Assembly: GCA_050125095.1 (NCBI GenBank)
Contig: JASFEA010000004.1
Span: 1 to 49,294, forward strand
Source: a bacterium
Lineage (GTDB): Bacteria > Arandabacterota > Arandabacteria > Arandabacterales > JALGWA01
Length of the DNA: 49,294 bases
Direction of reading: 5' to 3'
Shown: one piece after another, positions 1 through 9,216 of the stretch
Position numbering within the stretch: the first letter of the stretch is position 1
Layout: every line of letters begins with the position of its first letter
Notes under the pieces: generated by a model
What the model saw: the letters and a program-made list of their open reading frames with translations, nothing else
Database searches by the model: none
Told to the model about the DNA's origin: nothing
Program-made: the position numbers and the translations under genes

Positions 1-579
1 CCCGGCCGGGAAGTACTTGTCACGCGGATCGTCGGAAGTGTGCGGGAAGCCGGCCACCATGTAACCGTTGAGGCTGTCGGCCGGGGACGTCAGCGGGATG
101 TTGAGAACGCATGAGGTCCTTCCGTAGCCGGTGAGCACCTCCCAGACAGATTGGAAACCGCGCTGCCTGGACGTGTTAAAGACGATCGGCGCGTTGTCGT
201 CGGAGCTCGGCTCTTTGAGGAAACCGTATATGCCGTGTTTCCCCGGATTGACTCCAGTGACCGCCGACGTCCACGCAGGCGCCGAGGAGGGCGGAAGAAC
301 CGTCATGAGGTCGGTGAAAATGCCTTCCTGGATGACCTTGCTGAAGTTGGGGAGCCTGCCCTGCGCGGCCAGGCGCCTCACCCGCCCGGGCTCCAGCCCG
401 TCGAAGCCGATGACCATCACCCTTCCAAGCGGGGCGGTTGCGGCCGCGCTGCCCCCGCCTTCATCGCCGCCCCCGCAGCCCGCGGCAAGACCGAGACAGA
501 GGAGAACGGCAGCCAGAGAGATGACCTCAAGTGCGCCTTTTCTGAATGCCGCCGACCGGCATCTGCTGATGAATATCAT
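1..579 (-). CDS. AlkP-superfamily (NPP/type I phosphodiesterase-like) lipoprotein, partial (runs off left edge)
   Basis: Not in the ORF track; manual translation from ATG 579 gives MIFISRC...VLLCLGLAAGCGGG (lipobox LAAG-C), then RVMVIGFDGLE, GRLPNFSKVIQEG, LPPSSAPAWTSAVTGVNPGKHGIYGF, matching the other AlkP paralogs in this window. Confidence 0.85.
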   Translation of the reverse strand, partial: MIFISRCRSAAFRKGALEVISLAAVLLCLGLAAGCGGGDEGGGSAAATAPLGRVMVIGFDGLEPGRVRRLAAQGRLPNFSKVIQEGIFTDLMTVLPPSSAPAWTSAVTGVNPGKHGIYGFLKEPSSDDNAPIVFNTSRQRGFQSVWEVLTGYGRTSCVLNIPLTSPADSLNGYMVAGFPHTSDDPRDKYFPAG

Positions 580-679
580 GACTAAAGATAACACCTCCGG
601 AGGCGGCATTCAAGCGGTCGCCCCTCCCGCTACCCCCCGTCCCTAATTGGCTTGACCCCTCCCGGCCATGGTGGCATGA

Positions 680-2104
680 TTGCGATACCCGCAGCGGGGG
701 ATGCGGGCAAGGGTCAGCCATATGTTCAACATAAAGACGCCGCTTCTCATACTCGCCGTAATCGTCATCCTGCTCATCCTTCTGTCCCCGACGCCCGAAG
801 GCCTGACGAGGGAGGGCCAGAGCGCCCTTGCCATACTGGCGATGTGCTTCATCCTCTGGACCTCGGCGGCCATACCGCTTTCGGTGACGAGCCTGGTCGC
901 AATCGCGCTGCTGCCGCTTCTGGGGGTGATGGGGGAGGGCGAGGCCTTCGCGCTTTTCGGGAACCGGGCGGTCTTTTTCATCCTCGGAGCCTTCATTCTG
1001 GCGGGCGGCATGATGGCCTCGGGCCTGAGCTCGCGCATAGCGCTTGTGTTCCTCAGGCGTTTTGACAGGAGCCCCAAGTGGCTCATCTCGGGAATCGTGA
1101 CCTCCTGCGCGTTCATGGCCCTCTGGATGCCCGCCCACGCCGTCGCCGCCTTCATGTTCCCGATCGTGCTCGAGATCGCGCGCGCCCTGGAACTCAGGCC
1201 CCGCGAAAGCAACTACGGAAAGGCCCTGTTTCTCTCGATGGCCTGGGGTTGTGTGGTTGGCGGTGTGGCGACGCTGCTGGGCGGAGCGAGAAACGCGCTT
1301 GCAATAGGTATCTTGGCCGAGAAGTACGGGATGAGCATAAGCTTCGCCGAATGGGTCATGGCCGTCTTCCCGATCACTCTCGTCCTGGCCCTTGTGGTTC
1401 ACCTGGTTGTCTTCCGTTTCTTCAAGCCTGAAATAGACAACGTCAGGCCGGCGCGCGTGGTGCTGGAGAGAAAAGTCAAGGAGCTCGGCCGCATGTCGGC
1501 AACCGAAAAGAAGGTGCTTGCCGTGATGCTCATCACGGTGGCCTTCTGGGTGCTTCTCAGCGGACGGCTTGGGCTCGCTACAATCGCCATTATGGGGGCG
1601 GCGGCGCTCTTCATCATTCACGCCATCACCTGGCATGATGTGGAGAAATACGTGAACTGGGGGGTCATCCTCATGTACGGCGGCGCCATAGCTCTCGCCA
1701 AGGCCCTTGAGATAACGGGCGCCGCGAAGTGGCTGGTGACGAGCTTCCTGGAGCCCTTCCAATTGGGGCCCTTCGCCCTGCTGGCAGTGATCAGCCTGAT
1801 ATCCATCATACTTACCGAAGCGATGAGCAATGCCGCGGTGGTCGCGCTGGTTCTTCCCATAGCCTTCGAGCTCCTGGATACGGGAGTCGGGCTCTCCCCC
1901 ATAGCTGCTGTCTTTGCTGTTGCGGTTCCGGCCGGATTAGCGTTTACTCTACCTATAGGGACGCCGCCCAACGCCATCGCGTACTCGGCCCGGTACCACA
2001 GGCTTAGAGACTCGCTAAGGGTGGGGATCCTGCTGAACATAATCGCGCTGCTGACATTCCTTTTAATCGCGAGATTCTACTGGCCGCATTTGGGAATTTT
2101 CTAG
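680..2104 (+). CDS. SLC13/DASS family sodium-coupled anion (sulfate/dicarboxylate) symporter
   Basis: Many hydrophobic segments; motifs GGVATLLGGARNAL, LTEAMSNAAV, LPIGTPPNAIAY; start may be ATG 722. Confidence 0.9.
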   Translation: MRYPQRGMRARVSHMFNIKTPLLILAVIVILLILLSPTPEGLTREGQSALAILAMCFILWTSAAIPLSVTSLVAIALLPLLGVMGEGEAFALFGNRAVFFILGAFILAGGMMASGLSSRIALVFLRRFDRSPKWLISGIVTSCAFMALWMPAHAVAAFMFPIVLEIARALELRPRESNYGKALFLSMAWGCVVGGVATLLGGARNALAIGILAEKYGMSISFAEWVMAVFPITLVLALVVHLVVFRFFKPEIDNVRPARVVLERKVKELGRMSATEKKVLAVMLITVAFWVLLSGRLGLATIAIMGAAALFIIHAITWHDVEKYVNWGVILMYGGAIALAKALEITGAAKWLVTSFLEPFQLGPFALLAVISLISIILTEAMSNAAVVALVLPIAFELLDTGVGLSPIAAVFAVAVPAGLAFTLPIGTPPNAIAYSARYHRLRDSLRVGILLNIIALLTFLLIARFYWPHLGIF

Positions 2105-2113
2105 GGGGTAGAG

Positions 2114-2602
2114 ATGGGTTATCTGATGCTGGTTCTTTCGCCGACGCGCGATAACCCCAAGTCGGTCGACCTGGCCCTCTCGCTCGTCAAGAAGACCCAG
2201 CGGCCGCTGCTTGCCGTATTCATAGCCGACCTCAGGCTTACCGACGGGATTTCCGGCAAAGTCGTGGACATCGGTTTCCTCGGTGACAGCGTCAGCACCC
2301 ATATAGAGGAGGCGGTGTTGAAGGACTACGAGGCGAGGGGGAGGAAGGAACTCGAGGAGGTGAAGGCCAAGGCCGGCGCGCTGGGTCTCGAGTGCGAGAT
2401 TGTGATAAGGCGCGGATACTACGTCGACGAGATACTCAAGATATCAACCGAAAGAGAGATAGAAGACATCATTGTCTCCAGGGCCGAGCGCTCCAATCTG
2501 TCGAGAAAACTGCTCGGCTCGGCCGTAAACGACCTTCTCGAACAGGCCCCCTGCCCGGTCATGGTGGTCGACGACTCAAGCGTCGAGGGCCATGAGCAGT
2601 GA
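2114..2602 (+). CDS. Universal stress protein (USP)
   Basis: 162 aa with C-terminal USP motif LLGSAVNDLLEQAPCPVMVV. Confidence 0.88.
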   Translation: MGYLMLVLSPTRDNPKSVDLALSLVKKTQRPLLAVFIADLRLTDGISGKVVDIGFLGDSVSTHIEEAVLKDYEARGRKELEEVKAKAGALGLECEIVIRRGYYVDEILKISTEREIEDIIVSRAERSNLSRKLLGSAVNDLLEQAPCPVMVVDDSSVEGHEQ

Positions 2603-2960
2603 TCTCACTCCAGCGGATCCCAATCTGCATAGCCCGCCGTGGCCGGTGAGCTTCTTGCCTCGTACCTGATAGTATAACCCCAGTTGTAGCCCCGGCCCGC
2701 GTACTCCGAGTCACCGCCGCCGCACGCGAGCCCGATAGGGAGAAACGCGGGGCAGATGACTGGGTGCAACAGCGCGCCGGCATCATACCATGACTCCGAA
2801 TCGAGCCGAAGCCCGAATATCGGCCCGCCCGGGGGCATAAAGAGCTACCCCTACGCGACCGATTCATCTATAGTAGGATAACCTCGAGTCCGGGGATGGA
2901 CTGCGGGCCGCAGGCCCAAGAGCCTTGCGGACAAAAATAGAAAGCCAGGGGGGAACAGAC

Positions 2961-4292
2961 GTGTGGTTCAAAAAGAGCAAGCCGAGGGTGCTGGTAATAG
3001 GCCTTGACGGGACGCCGCTTTCGTTTCTGAAGAGAAAGGTCGGAGAGGGCAAGCTGCCCAATTTCAAGAACCTGTTCGCCAAGGGCTCGCTTATCGAGAC
3101 CAAGTCGGTGCACCCGACGGTGTCCTGCGTCGCATGGTCGACCTTCATGACCGGAAAAAACGCGGCCAAGCACAACATCTTCGGTTTCATAGACCGGAAG
3201 CCGGGCACTTATTCCCTTTACATACCCAACTCGTCCAATATGACAAGCAAGACCATGTGGGAAGTGCTGAGCGACCAGGGGAGGAAGGTCCTCACCATGG
3301 GCGTTCCGGTCACATACCCGCCCCGCAAGGTGAACGGCATACTCGTCTCGGGATTCCTGGCACCCAAGATCGACGGCGCGACCTACCCGCCGGCAGTGGC
3401 CTCAAGGCTCAAACAGGGCGGCTATGAACTCGACATAGATCCATGGCGGGCCAGAGAGAACCTTGACAATTGCCATCCGGACCTCAAACGAGTTTTCGAG
3501 GCCCGCGCCCGTAACTTCATGAGTCTCTATAAAGAAGATAAATACGACTTCGCCATCGTCCATTTCATGGAGACCGACAGGTTGCATCACTTCATGTGGG
3601 AGTATATGGACAAGGACGACGAGAAGTACGGAGCCCAGTTCATGGACATATACGCCGGCATCGACGAGTTCATTGGGCGGGTGGACGCGGAGGTTGGCGA
3701 CGATGTGAACCTCTTCGTCATGTCCGACCATGGATTCTGCACGCTGAAGAAGGAGATATACATCAATAGATTCCTGGAAGACAGGGGTTACCTGGTCTGC
3801 AAACCGGACGCCAAGTCGCTTGAGGACATGGATACCTCCAGGACAAGGGTATTCTGCCTCGACCCGGGGCGTATCTACATCAACCTCGAAGGCCGCGAGG
3901 CGGCGGGCATCGTCAAGAAAGGCGATTACGAAGCCCTGAGAGAAGAAGTCAGGAAAGAGCTCCTGGACCTTTGCGATGAGGAGGGCACGCGCGTCGTGCG
4001 GGGGGTACTCACCAGGGAGGAGCTCTATGACGGGCCCAACTTCGAGTACGCTCCCGACCTGGTGGTAAATCCGGTGGACGGGTACGACCCCAAGGGCGCG
4101 TTCGGGAAGGACAATCTCTCCGGCAAGGGCCCCATCGTGGGCATGCACACTTACGACGACGCCATGCTCTTTACAAGGGGACTTGAGCTCAAGCCCGAAG
4201 GCGCGGCCGTGATAGATGTGACCTCGACGATTTTCGACGTCATGCAGGCCGACCGCCCGTCCGACATGGACGGCAAGTCGCTACTGGCGTAG
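2961..4292 (+). CDS. AlkP-superfamily phosphodiesterase/nucleotide pyrophosphatase-like protein (COG3379-like)
   Basis: VLVIGLDG, PTVSCVAWSTFMTGKNAAKHNIFGF, ETDRLHH, MSDHGF, GMH; GTG 2961 follows a G-rich RBS (ORF track start 2925). Confidence 0.88.
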   Translation: MWFKKSKPRVLVIGLDGTPLSFLKRKVGEGKLPNFKNLFAKGSLIETKSVHPTVSCVAWSTFMTGKNAAKHNIFGFIDRKPGTYSLYIPNSSNMTSKTMWEVLSDQGRKVLTMGVPVTYPPRKVNGILVSGFLAPKIDGATYPPAVASRLKQGGYELDIDPWRARENLDNCHPDLKRVFEARARNFMSLYKEDKYDFAIVHFMETDRLHHFMWEYMDKDDEKYGAQFMDIYAGIDEFIGRVDAEVGDDVNLFVMSDHGFCTLKKEIYINRFLEDRGYLVCKPDAKSLEDMDTSRTRVFCLDPGRIYINLEGREAAGIVKKGDYEALREEVRKELLDLCDEEGTRVVRGVLTREELYDGPNFEYAPDLVVNPVDGYDPKGAFGKDNLSGKGPIVGMHTYDDAMLFTRGLELKPEGAAVIDVTSTIFDVMQADRPSDMDGKSLLA

Positions 4293-4339
4293 GAGAGACG
4301 CAATTGCGTGGACGTCAGAATTAAATGGATGTTAAATAA

Positions 4340-4378
4340 GGAGAGGGCCTGCTCGGGAGAGCAGGCCTTCCCATTTTC
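4340..4378. terminator. Intrinsic terminator hairpin between convergent genes
   Basis: GAGGGCCTGCTC-ggga-GAGCAGGCCTTC stem followed by ccatttt; lies between a + strand stop (4292) and a - strand stop (4412). Confidence 0.7.
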
Positions 4379-4411
4379 CTCTGACAGGGCTGTTGCCCTG
4401 ATTCGGCGCCC

Positions 4412-5026
4412 TTATTCTATGTAGCCGAGACCTCTGAGGCGTTCCTTGACTTTCTCTTCATCTTCCTCGGAGTAGGCCTTGTCCTCGCCGGTTCCGCCCT
4501 TGCTGATGTAACCGATGGTCTCCAGCGCGAGCATGACCTTGGCCACCGACTGCTCCACGCTTTCATTGTTGGTGTCAACGATGACTTCCGCCTTCTCGGG
4601 CTCTTCGAACGGCATGTGCCACCCGGCGATGTCGCTTATCTCGCCTCGCTCGGCGCGCTTATAGAGCCCTTTGGGGTCGCGCTTTTTACATTCCTCGAGT
4701 GAGGCCTGGACCCAGACTTCCACGAAGTTGTCTACATAGCTGCGGGCGCGGTCCCGGTGGGCTCTCAGGGGCGACACGGCCGCCACTATGGCCGAGACGC
4801 CGTTCCGCGTCAGCATCTTGCCCATGAAGGCGAGCCTCTTGGTATTGATATCCCTGTCTTTGGCTGTGTAGCCCAGGTCGGGACTCAAATTGGCCCTGAT
4901 CTCGTCGGCGTCGAGGTTCTCCACCAGCACGCCCCGGTCCCTGAGCGCCTTCTCAACGCCCCGTGCGACTGTTGATTTCCCGGAAGCCGGGACGCCTGTG
5001 AACCAAAGAAAAACACCTTTCTCCAT
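4412..5026 (-). CDS. cysC: Adenylyl-sulfate (APS) kinase
   Basis: LWFTGVPASGKSTVA P-loop, LDADEIR, RDPKGLY; extra C-terminal tail ERLRGLGYIE. Confidence 0.95.
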   Translation of the reverse strand: MEKGVFLWFTGVPASGKSTVARGVEKALRDRGVLVENLDADEIRANLSPDLGYTAKDRDINTKRLAFMGKMLTRNGVSAIVAAVSPLRAHRDRARSYVDNFVEVWVQASLEECKKRDPKGLYKRAERGEISDIAGWHMPFEEPEKAEVIVDTNNESVEQSVAKVMLALETIGYISKGGTGEDKAYSEEDEEKVKERLRGLGYIE

Positions 5027-5039
5027 TGAACTCCCCCTT

Positions 5040-6428
5040 CTAGTAAGTGACGGGTTTGCCTTCCATTTCCGGAGGGATCTCGAGACCCATCTCGTTGAGG
5101 ATGGTAGGCGCTATGTCATATATGCTCACTTCGTCGATCTTCTTGCCGCGCTTGACCTTGGGGTCATAGAGCATGAAAATCCCGTGCTCGGCATGCACGG
5201 CGTCGTCCGGGCCGACCTCGGTCTCGAAAGAATGAATCGAGTCATGGCCGACCGAACCTGTCGAACGCCAGTAGAGGTCGCCGAAGTAAACGATGAGGTC
5301 TGGGGCCTGGTCGATATGTGGCCCGTTATAGACTTCCTGGGGCTTGAGTACTCTCGTGCCGATGTTCTTGCCGTTCTCATCGGTGATTGCGCGGAGCTTC
5401 TCGGCTATCTCGTCCCGCACCTCTTCGTATTTCCCTGGGTCGACGATGCCGTTCTTCTCCCTGCCCTTCACATTGAGGAAGAGCCGGCAGTAGTAGCCGC
5501 CGAGCCCCCAGGCGGTGGTGTTGTCCCAGTCCACCTCGACCTTGTCGAACTTGGTCACCTCCTTGGGCACGGTCTTGAGCTTCATGTAGCCTTCCTGAAT
5601 CAGCCAGTCGTTGACGTTGATGGCGCCCTCCATCTTCTTGGCGCCGTGGTCCGATACCACTATGACCACCGTGTCGTCGTCCAGCTTGGCCATGAGCTCG
5701 CCGATGCGCTTATCGAGATACTTGTAATAATCCGGAATGGCGTTCTCGTACTTGTTGCCCGGCTCGTACTTCCGGTGGGTCTTGTCCATGTATTTCCAGA
5801 AACCGTGGTGTAGGCGGTCCAGCCCCATCTCGATGAACATGAAGAAGTGCCAGGGCTTCTCGAGGAAGGCCTCAGCCAGGTCGAAGCGCTGCTTGGCCAT
5901 GTCGCGGATCTCCTGAAGCAGCGAGTCCTTATCCTCCCGCCGGAACTTCTTGACATCTATCGTATAGTCTCCCACCGCCGCTTTGATCTCGTCCTTTATG
6001 AACCCGGGAAACGTGTAGTCGCTGTCGGTGTCGGGGGCGAGAAAGCCCGTGACCAGCAGGCCGTTCATCGGCTTGGGCGGATACGTCTGCGGCACGCCGA
6101 TTATATTCGCCAGATATCCTTCGCGGTTTATGAAGTCCCAGACGGTGGGCTCGTGAATGACCGTCGAATTGGCTATCCAGAAATCCTGGTAGGAGTATTC
6201 GCTCCGGTTCCTGAAGCCGAATATGCCCAGCTTCCCGGGGTTCTTGCTCGTGACCATGCACATCCATGCGGGGCAGGTGATGGGAGGGATGCTGCTCTTC
6301 ATTCTCGCGTAGACGCCCTCGTTCATGATCTTCTTGAAATTGGGAAGCTGGTCGGCGTATTCGTCGAAGACCAGCTGCGGCGCGGCGCAGTCCAGCCCTA
6401 TTACCATGACCTTCTTCTTGAGTGCCAT
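5040..6428 (-). CDS. AlkP-superfamily phosphodiesterase-like protein (COG3379-like)
   Basis: VMVIGLDCA, PPITCPAW, GLDRLHHGFW, VSDHG, HAEHG; ATG 6428 preceded by GAGGAG RBS (ORF track start 6482 overlaps sat). Confidence 0.9.
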   Translation of the reverse strand: MALKKKVMVIGLDCAAPQLVFDEYADQLPNFKKIMNEGVYARMKSSIPPITCPAWMCMVTSKNPGKLGIFGFRNRSEYSYQDFWIANSTVIHEPTVWDFINREGYLANIIGVPQTYPPKPMNGLLVTGFLAPDTDSDYTFPGFIKDEIKAAVGDYTIDVKKFRREDKDSLLQEIRDMAKQRFDLAEAFLEKPWHFFMFIEMGLDRLHHGFWKYMDKTHRKYEPGNKYENAIPDYYKYLDKRIGELMAKLDDDTVVIVVSDHGAKKMEGAINVNDWLIQEGYMKLKTVPKEVTKFDKVEVDWDNTTAWGLGGYYCRLFLNVKGREKNGIVDPGKYEEVRDEIAEKLRAITDENGKNIGTRVLKPQEVYNGPHIDQAPDLIVYFGDLYWRSTGSVGHDSIHSFETEVGPDDAVHAEHGIFMLYDPKVKRGKKIDEVSIYDIAPTILNEMGLEIPPEMEGKPVTY

Positions 6429-6441
6429 ACTGCTCTCCTCT

Positions 6442-7593
6442 TTAGCCCACAAACGGGTTTTCGAACTTCTTCTGGGCCTCAAATACCTCCGGCCTGATCA
6501 TCTCCGGAGGAGGAGTCCCGCCCTCGGTGAGCATCTTCCTGACGACGGTGCCGGAGAAGAAGATCTTCTGGTCGTCGCCATGCGGACAGGTCCTGTCGCT
6601 CTCCAGAGCCGCGCACTTCTTGCAATGGAAGAAGTCTCCGCGCACCGTGATCGGGCTGATGTCAAGGTCGCCGATCTCGGCGAAGATGTTGATTGCGGCC
6701 TCGGGATGATAGTAGTCGCCGACGCCGGCGTGGTCCCTGCCGACGATGAGATGCGTGCAGCCGTGGTTCTTACGGATGATTGCGTGATGCACGGCCTCTC
6801 GCGGACCGGCGTATCTCATCTCCATGGGGAGAATGCTGAGAAAGACCCTGTCTTCCGGGAAGTACTCCTTGAGAAGAGCCTCATAGCACTTGAGTATGAC
6901 TTCGTCCTTGTAGTCGCCCTTCTTTTTCTTGCCTATAACGGGGTGAATCAGAAGGCCGTCCACAAGCGAGAGCACGGTCTTCTGCATGCGCTCGTGGCCG
7001 ACATGCGGGGCGTTCCTCGTCTGGAATCCAGCCACCGTCTTCCAGCCTCTCTTCTCGAATACCTCCCTGGTCTCGGCTGGAGTCAGGTTGTACTCGGGGA
7101 AGGGATCTCTCGTGGGGTCGACGAGGTCGATGTCGCCGGCCAGGAAGACATCGTTCATCTCCATCGTGGACTTCACGCCCGGGTGTTCCAGGTCATTGGT
7201 GCCGAAGACAGCTGCCGCGATCTTATCCTTGGGATATGAGAACTTCTCGGTCATGTGGAGAATCGCAATCGGCTTGCCGTCCCCGCTCTTAAGGCAGACA
7301 TCGTCGCCTTCGCTGAGCCCGGCTGCCTCTTTCTCGGTCACGTCCAGGAGGATGGGCACCGTCCACGGCACGCCGCTCGCCAGCCGCATGTTTTCAAGCA
7401 CCGGCTCGAGATCGGCCTTGCCTATGAAGCCCTCCAGCGGGCTGTAACGCCCACATGAGATGTTGCGGATATCCTTTACCGTCTCCGCGTCAACGGTGAT
7501 GCTCTTCATTCCCTCAACGCTGGCGAGGGCTTTCTTGAGCTGGTCGCCTTCCAGCTGCCGGTTGACGAGTTTCCCCCCATGAGGCTTGATCAT
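6442..7593 (-). CDS. sat: Sulfate adenylyltransferase (ATP sulfurylase, Sat type)
   Basis: MIKPHGGKLVN, FQTRNAPHVGHE, MRYAGPREAVHHAIIRKNHGCTHLIVGRDHAGVG, zinc motif CKKC...CPH. Confidence 0.97.
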   Translation of the reverse strand: MIKPHGGKLVNRQLEGDQLKKALASVEGMKSITVDAETVKDIRNISCGRYSPLEGFIGKADLEPVLENMRLASGVPWTVPILLDVTEKEAAGLSEGDDVCLKSGDGKPIAILHMTEKFSYPKDKIAAAVFGTNDLEHPGVKSTMEMNDVFLAGDIDLVDPTRDPFPEYNLTPAETREVFEKRGWKTVAGFQTRNAPHVGHERMQKTVLSLVDGLLIHPVIGKKKKGDYKDEVILKCYEALLKEYFPEDRVFLSILPMEMRYAGPREAVHHAIIRKNHGCTHLIVGRDHAGVGDYYHPEAAINIFAEIGDLDISPITVRGDFFHCKKCAALESDRTCPHGDDQKIFFSGTVVRKMLTEGGTPPPEMIRPEVFEAQKKFENPFVG

Positions 7594-7669
7594 CGGCTCT
7601 TCTCCTCCTCAATGACATTAACGAAATCCACAAACCTGGATGATGGTGCCGGTGAGACACACTCCCCAC

Positions 7670-7698
7670 ATTATATATATCTCGGCCACCTTGCGCAA
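7670..7698 (-). promoter_or_regulatory. Putative sigma70 promoter for sat-AlkP-cysC
   Basis: Minus strand TTGCGC-17 bp-TATAAT, about 75 bp upstream of the sat start with GAGGAG RBS. Confidence 0.6.
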
Positions 7699-7770
7699 TA
7701 CGCTTAGAACCTTTATTTGCAGGGAATTGCGGCCATCGGCCGGGGCCCCGCAGCCCCCCGCCGCTGCCCC

Positions 7771-9216
7771 CTAGCCGCCCAGGCCAAGGACCTCCAGGAC
7801 GGTCGGGAACACCTCCGAAATGCGCATATCACGCTCGGGCAGGGGGCGCCCGGAGTTGTGCAGCATGAGAACGCCGAACTGGGCGTGGCCTCCCGAGACC
7901 TTCTTATGGGTGGTGGTCATGCCCAGCGTGCCGCAGAAGAGCGTCCGGTCGACGCCGTAGGTGTCCTTGAGCTCGAAGACGATATCCGGGTACTTGCCCA
8001 CGCTCCCGCCGCTGAAAGCCTCCTCGCGCCGCCGCGCGTAGAGCACGACCTGGTCTCCGTCTTTGTCTGTAAGCGACAGAAGCAGGGCAATCAGCTTATC
8101 TCTGAGGTCCTCATAGTCCCCGCCCGAGGCCTCTATCAACGGCCGGTTCATTTCTATGCCGCTGAATGATGTCCCGCCTCCAAGGTCGGACGTCCATGCC
8201 AGGCTGGCCTCCTTCTCGGTGGCGTATGAGGAGGACTTGAGGCTCTTGCGCTTCTCCTTGGGTATGATATGCGCTATCCTGTAGACCCAGTCCTCAAGGT
8301 CGAGTCTCTGCATCAGCGTGAGAAAAGCGTTCTTGGTCCTCTCCACGAGGGCCACCGGGCTCAGGGGCCCCGCGGCGCCCTGCCTCGAGGCCAGGTAGCC
8401 CTCTCCCCTGAGGACCTCGTTTATGAATACGGCGTTGGGCGGCCTCATGCCATGTCCGTGATCGCTGACTATGAGGAGGGCCTGACCGGGTGAAAGCCGC
8501 TCCATGAAGTCTCCGATGATGCCGTCGAAGAGGATGAAGAAGTCCCTGATGGCGCCTTCGAACTCGTTGCTGCCGGGATATGTCGGGTCGCCGGGGTCCA
8601 TGTAGCGCCACAGGTAGTGCATCACGCGGTCGAGCGTCAGGAACGAGAGGAAGAATAGGTCCCAATCCTCGAGGTCCATAAGCTCCAGACCGAATCTCGC
8701 GAGGTCGCGGGTAACGAAAGCGGTGCGCTCGATGAAGGCGCCGAGCTCGCTTTTCTGCGGGAAGTCGGTCATGCCTCCGAGCTCGGGAACATTGAAGCGC
8801 GTCAGGATGTCCGGGGGCTCCGCCTGGACTTCGCCCGTGATGAACACGGGACCGTTCACCATTATGCCGTTCAGCTTCCACACGGGGTAGGCAAGAAGCG
8901 GATTTATGACGCAGACCCTCTTTCCGGCCTGGCTCGCCCTGTCCCAGAAGGTTTTGCCGACCAGCGCGCTCGTGTCGAGAGTCGATTTCCCCTTGAAGTC
9001 GAGATAGTCCATCGTGTCCACGATGCCGTGCTCCCACGGGTGCTGTCCCGTGAAGATGGTCACCCAGGCCGGTATGGAGTCGGGAGGTTTGGTGGACTCG
9101 AGCCGCCGGTAGGAACCGGCCCCCATTATCTTCGAGATATTGGGAAGGTCGGCCGCCCACTTCTCCACGAGGTCGGGGTCAAGGGCGTCTATACCCAGTA
9201 TCACCAGTCTGCTCAA
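7771..9216 (-). CDS. AlkP-superfamily phosphodiesterase-like protein (COG3379-like)
   Basis: LVILGIDALD, PPDSIPAWVTIFTG, LDRVMH, VSDHGHG, GGH. Confidence 0.88.
   Translation of the reverse strand: MSRLVILGIDALDPDLVEKWAADLPNISKIMGAGSYRRLESTKPPDSIPAWVTIFTGQHPWEHGIVDTMDYLDFKGKSTLDTSALVGKTFWDRASQAGKRVCVINPLLAYPVWKLNGIMVNGPVFITGEVQAEPPDILTRFNVPELGGMTDFPQKSELGAFIERTAFVTRDLARFGLELMDLEDWDLFFLSFLTLDRVMHYLWRYMDPGDPTYPGSNEFEGAIRDFFILFDGIIGDFMERLSPGQALLIVSDHGHGMRPPNAVFINEVLRGEGYLASRQGAAGPLSPVALVERTKNAFLTLMQRLDLEDWVYRIAHIIPKEKRKSLKSSSYATEKEASLAWTSDLGGGTSFSGIEMNRPLIEASGGDYEDLRDKLIALLLSLTDKDGDQVVLYARRREEAFSGGSVGKYPDIVFELKDTYGVDRTLFCGTLGMTTTHKKVSGGHAQFGVLMLHNSGRPLPERDMRISEVFPTVLEVLGLGG

Noticed and set aside
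131-646. Plus-strand ORFs 131-646 and 151-585
   Set aside because: Antisense to the clear AlkP lipoprotein gene on the minus strand
2605-2838. 77-aa minus-strand ORF with LACGGGD resembling the lipoprotein N-terminus
   Set aside because: Similarity covers only a few residues, with no convincing RBS or proper signal peptide; a gene remnant or ncRNA in this gap cannot be supported
6442-7593. Dissimilatory sulfate reduction or cysteine-assimilation locus
   Set aside because: No aprAB, dsr, qmo, cysH or cysI in the window; linkage to cysC, AlkP paralogs and a GT points to PAPS use, although genes elsewhere in the genome cannot be excluded
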